From positions 1 through 50,003 of the forward strand of contig CAINVO010000034.1 in NCBI GenBank assembly GCA_903854195.1: a DNA stretch of 50,003 nt. The letters are read 5' to 3'. Under the pieces are notes generated by a model, which saw nothing but the letters and a program-made list of their open reading frames with translations, ran no database searches and was not told where the DNA came from. Shown here in pieces: positions 49,976 through 50,003 of this stretch. Numbering within the stretch: position 1 is the stretch's first letter; each line of letters opens with the position of its first letter. The DNA comes from an uncultured bacterium. Its GTDB lineage: Bacteria; Patescibacteriota; Minisyncoccia; Phycocordibacterales; CAINVO01. Position numbers and translations under genes: made by a program.

Positions 49976-50003
49976 CTTTTTTTTAATTTTATTTTTAAAA
50001 AAA

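Noticed and set aside
49800-50003. Replication origin
   Set aside because: Only one DnaA box visible and no dnaA gene; the window ends here, so it cannot be assessed

Overview
AT-rich bacterial chromosome segment, mostly housekeeping genes read in the standard code: trmD, khpA, rpsP, rnr, a short smc, rnc, a nusB-Nudix fusion, rpmF, rnhB, dnaE, gyrB, tRNA-Thr(UGU), tsf, rpsB, prfA, rpmE, rplY, a gap-rpiB-rpe-split transketolase-pfkB-fba cluster, gatB, obgE, MYG1, an ABC pair and secA. The gene set (short SMC and EF-Ts, NusB-Nudix, split transketolase, pilin, sortase/CARDB proteins, no biosynthetic operons) suggests a Patescibacteria/CPR genome; this is inference. The most unusual signal is intergenic. 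At least nine long foldback elements occur, most just after stop codons. Eight carry one of two recurring cores at the apex: family A is a branched core with compensatory base changes, family B is ACGGGTTAGCGAAGCGCTTAG. Their 18-31 bp arms are largely unique to each copy and in several cases continue as inverted copies of the neighbouring gene's last codons. Other points: two surface-protein genes are frameshifted at slippage-prone repeats (one a VPATG sortase-substrate candidate near a sortase, one a >800 aa frame missed by the ORF track); many genes look leaderless; a Nudix ATG lies 3 nt after the tRNA CCA; and there is an unannotated 36-aa Lys-rich peptide gene.
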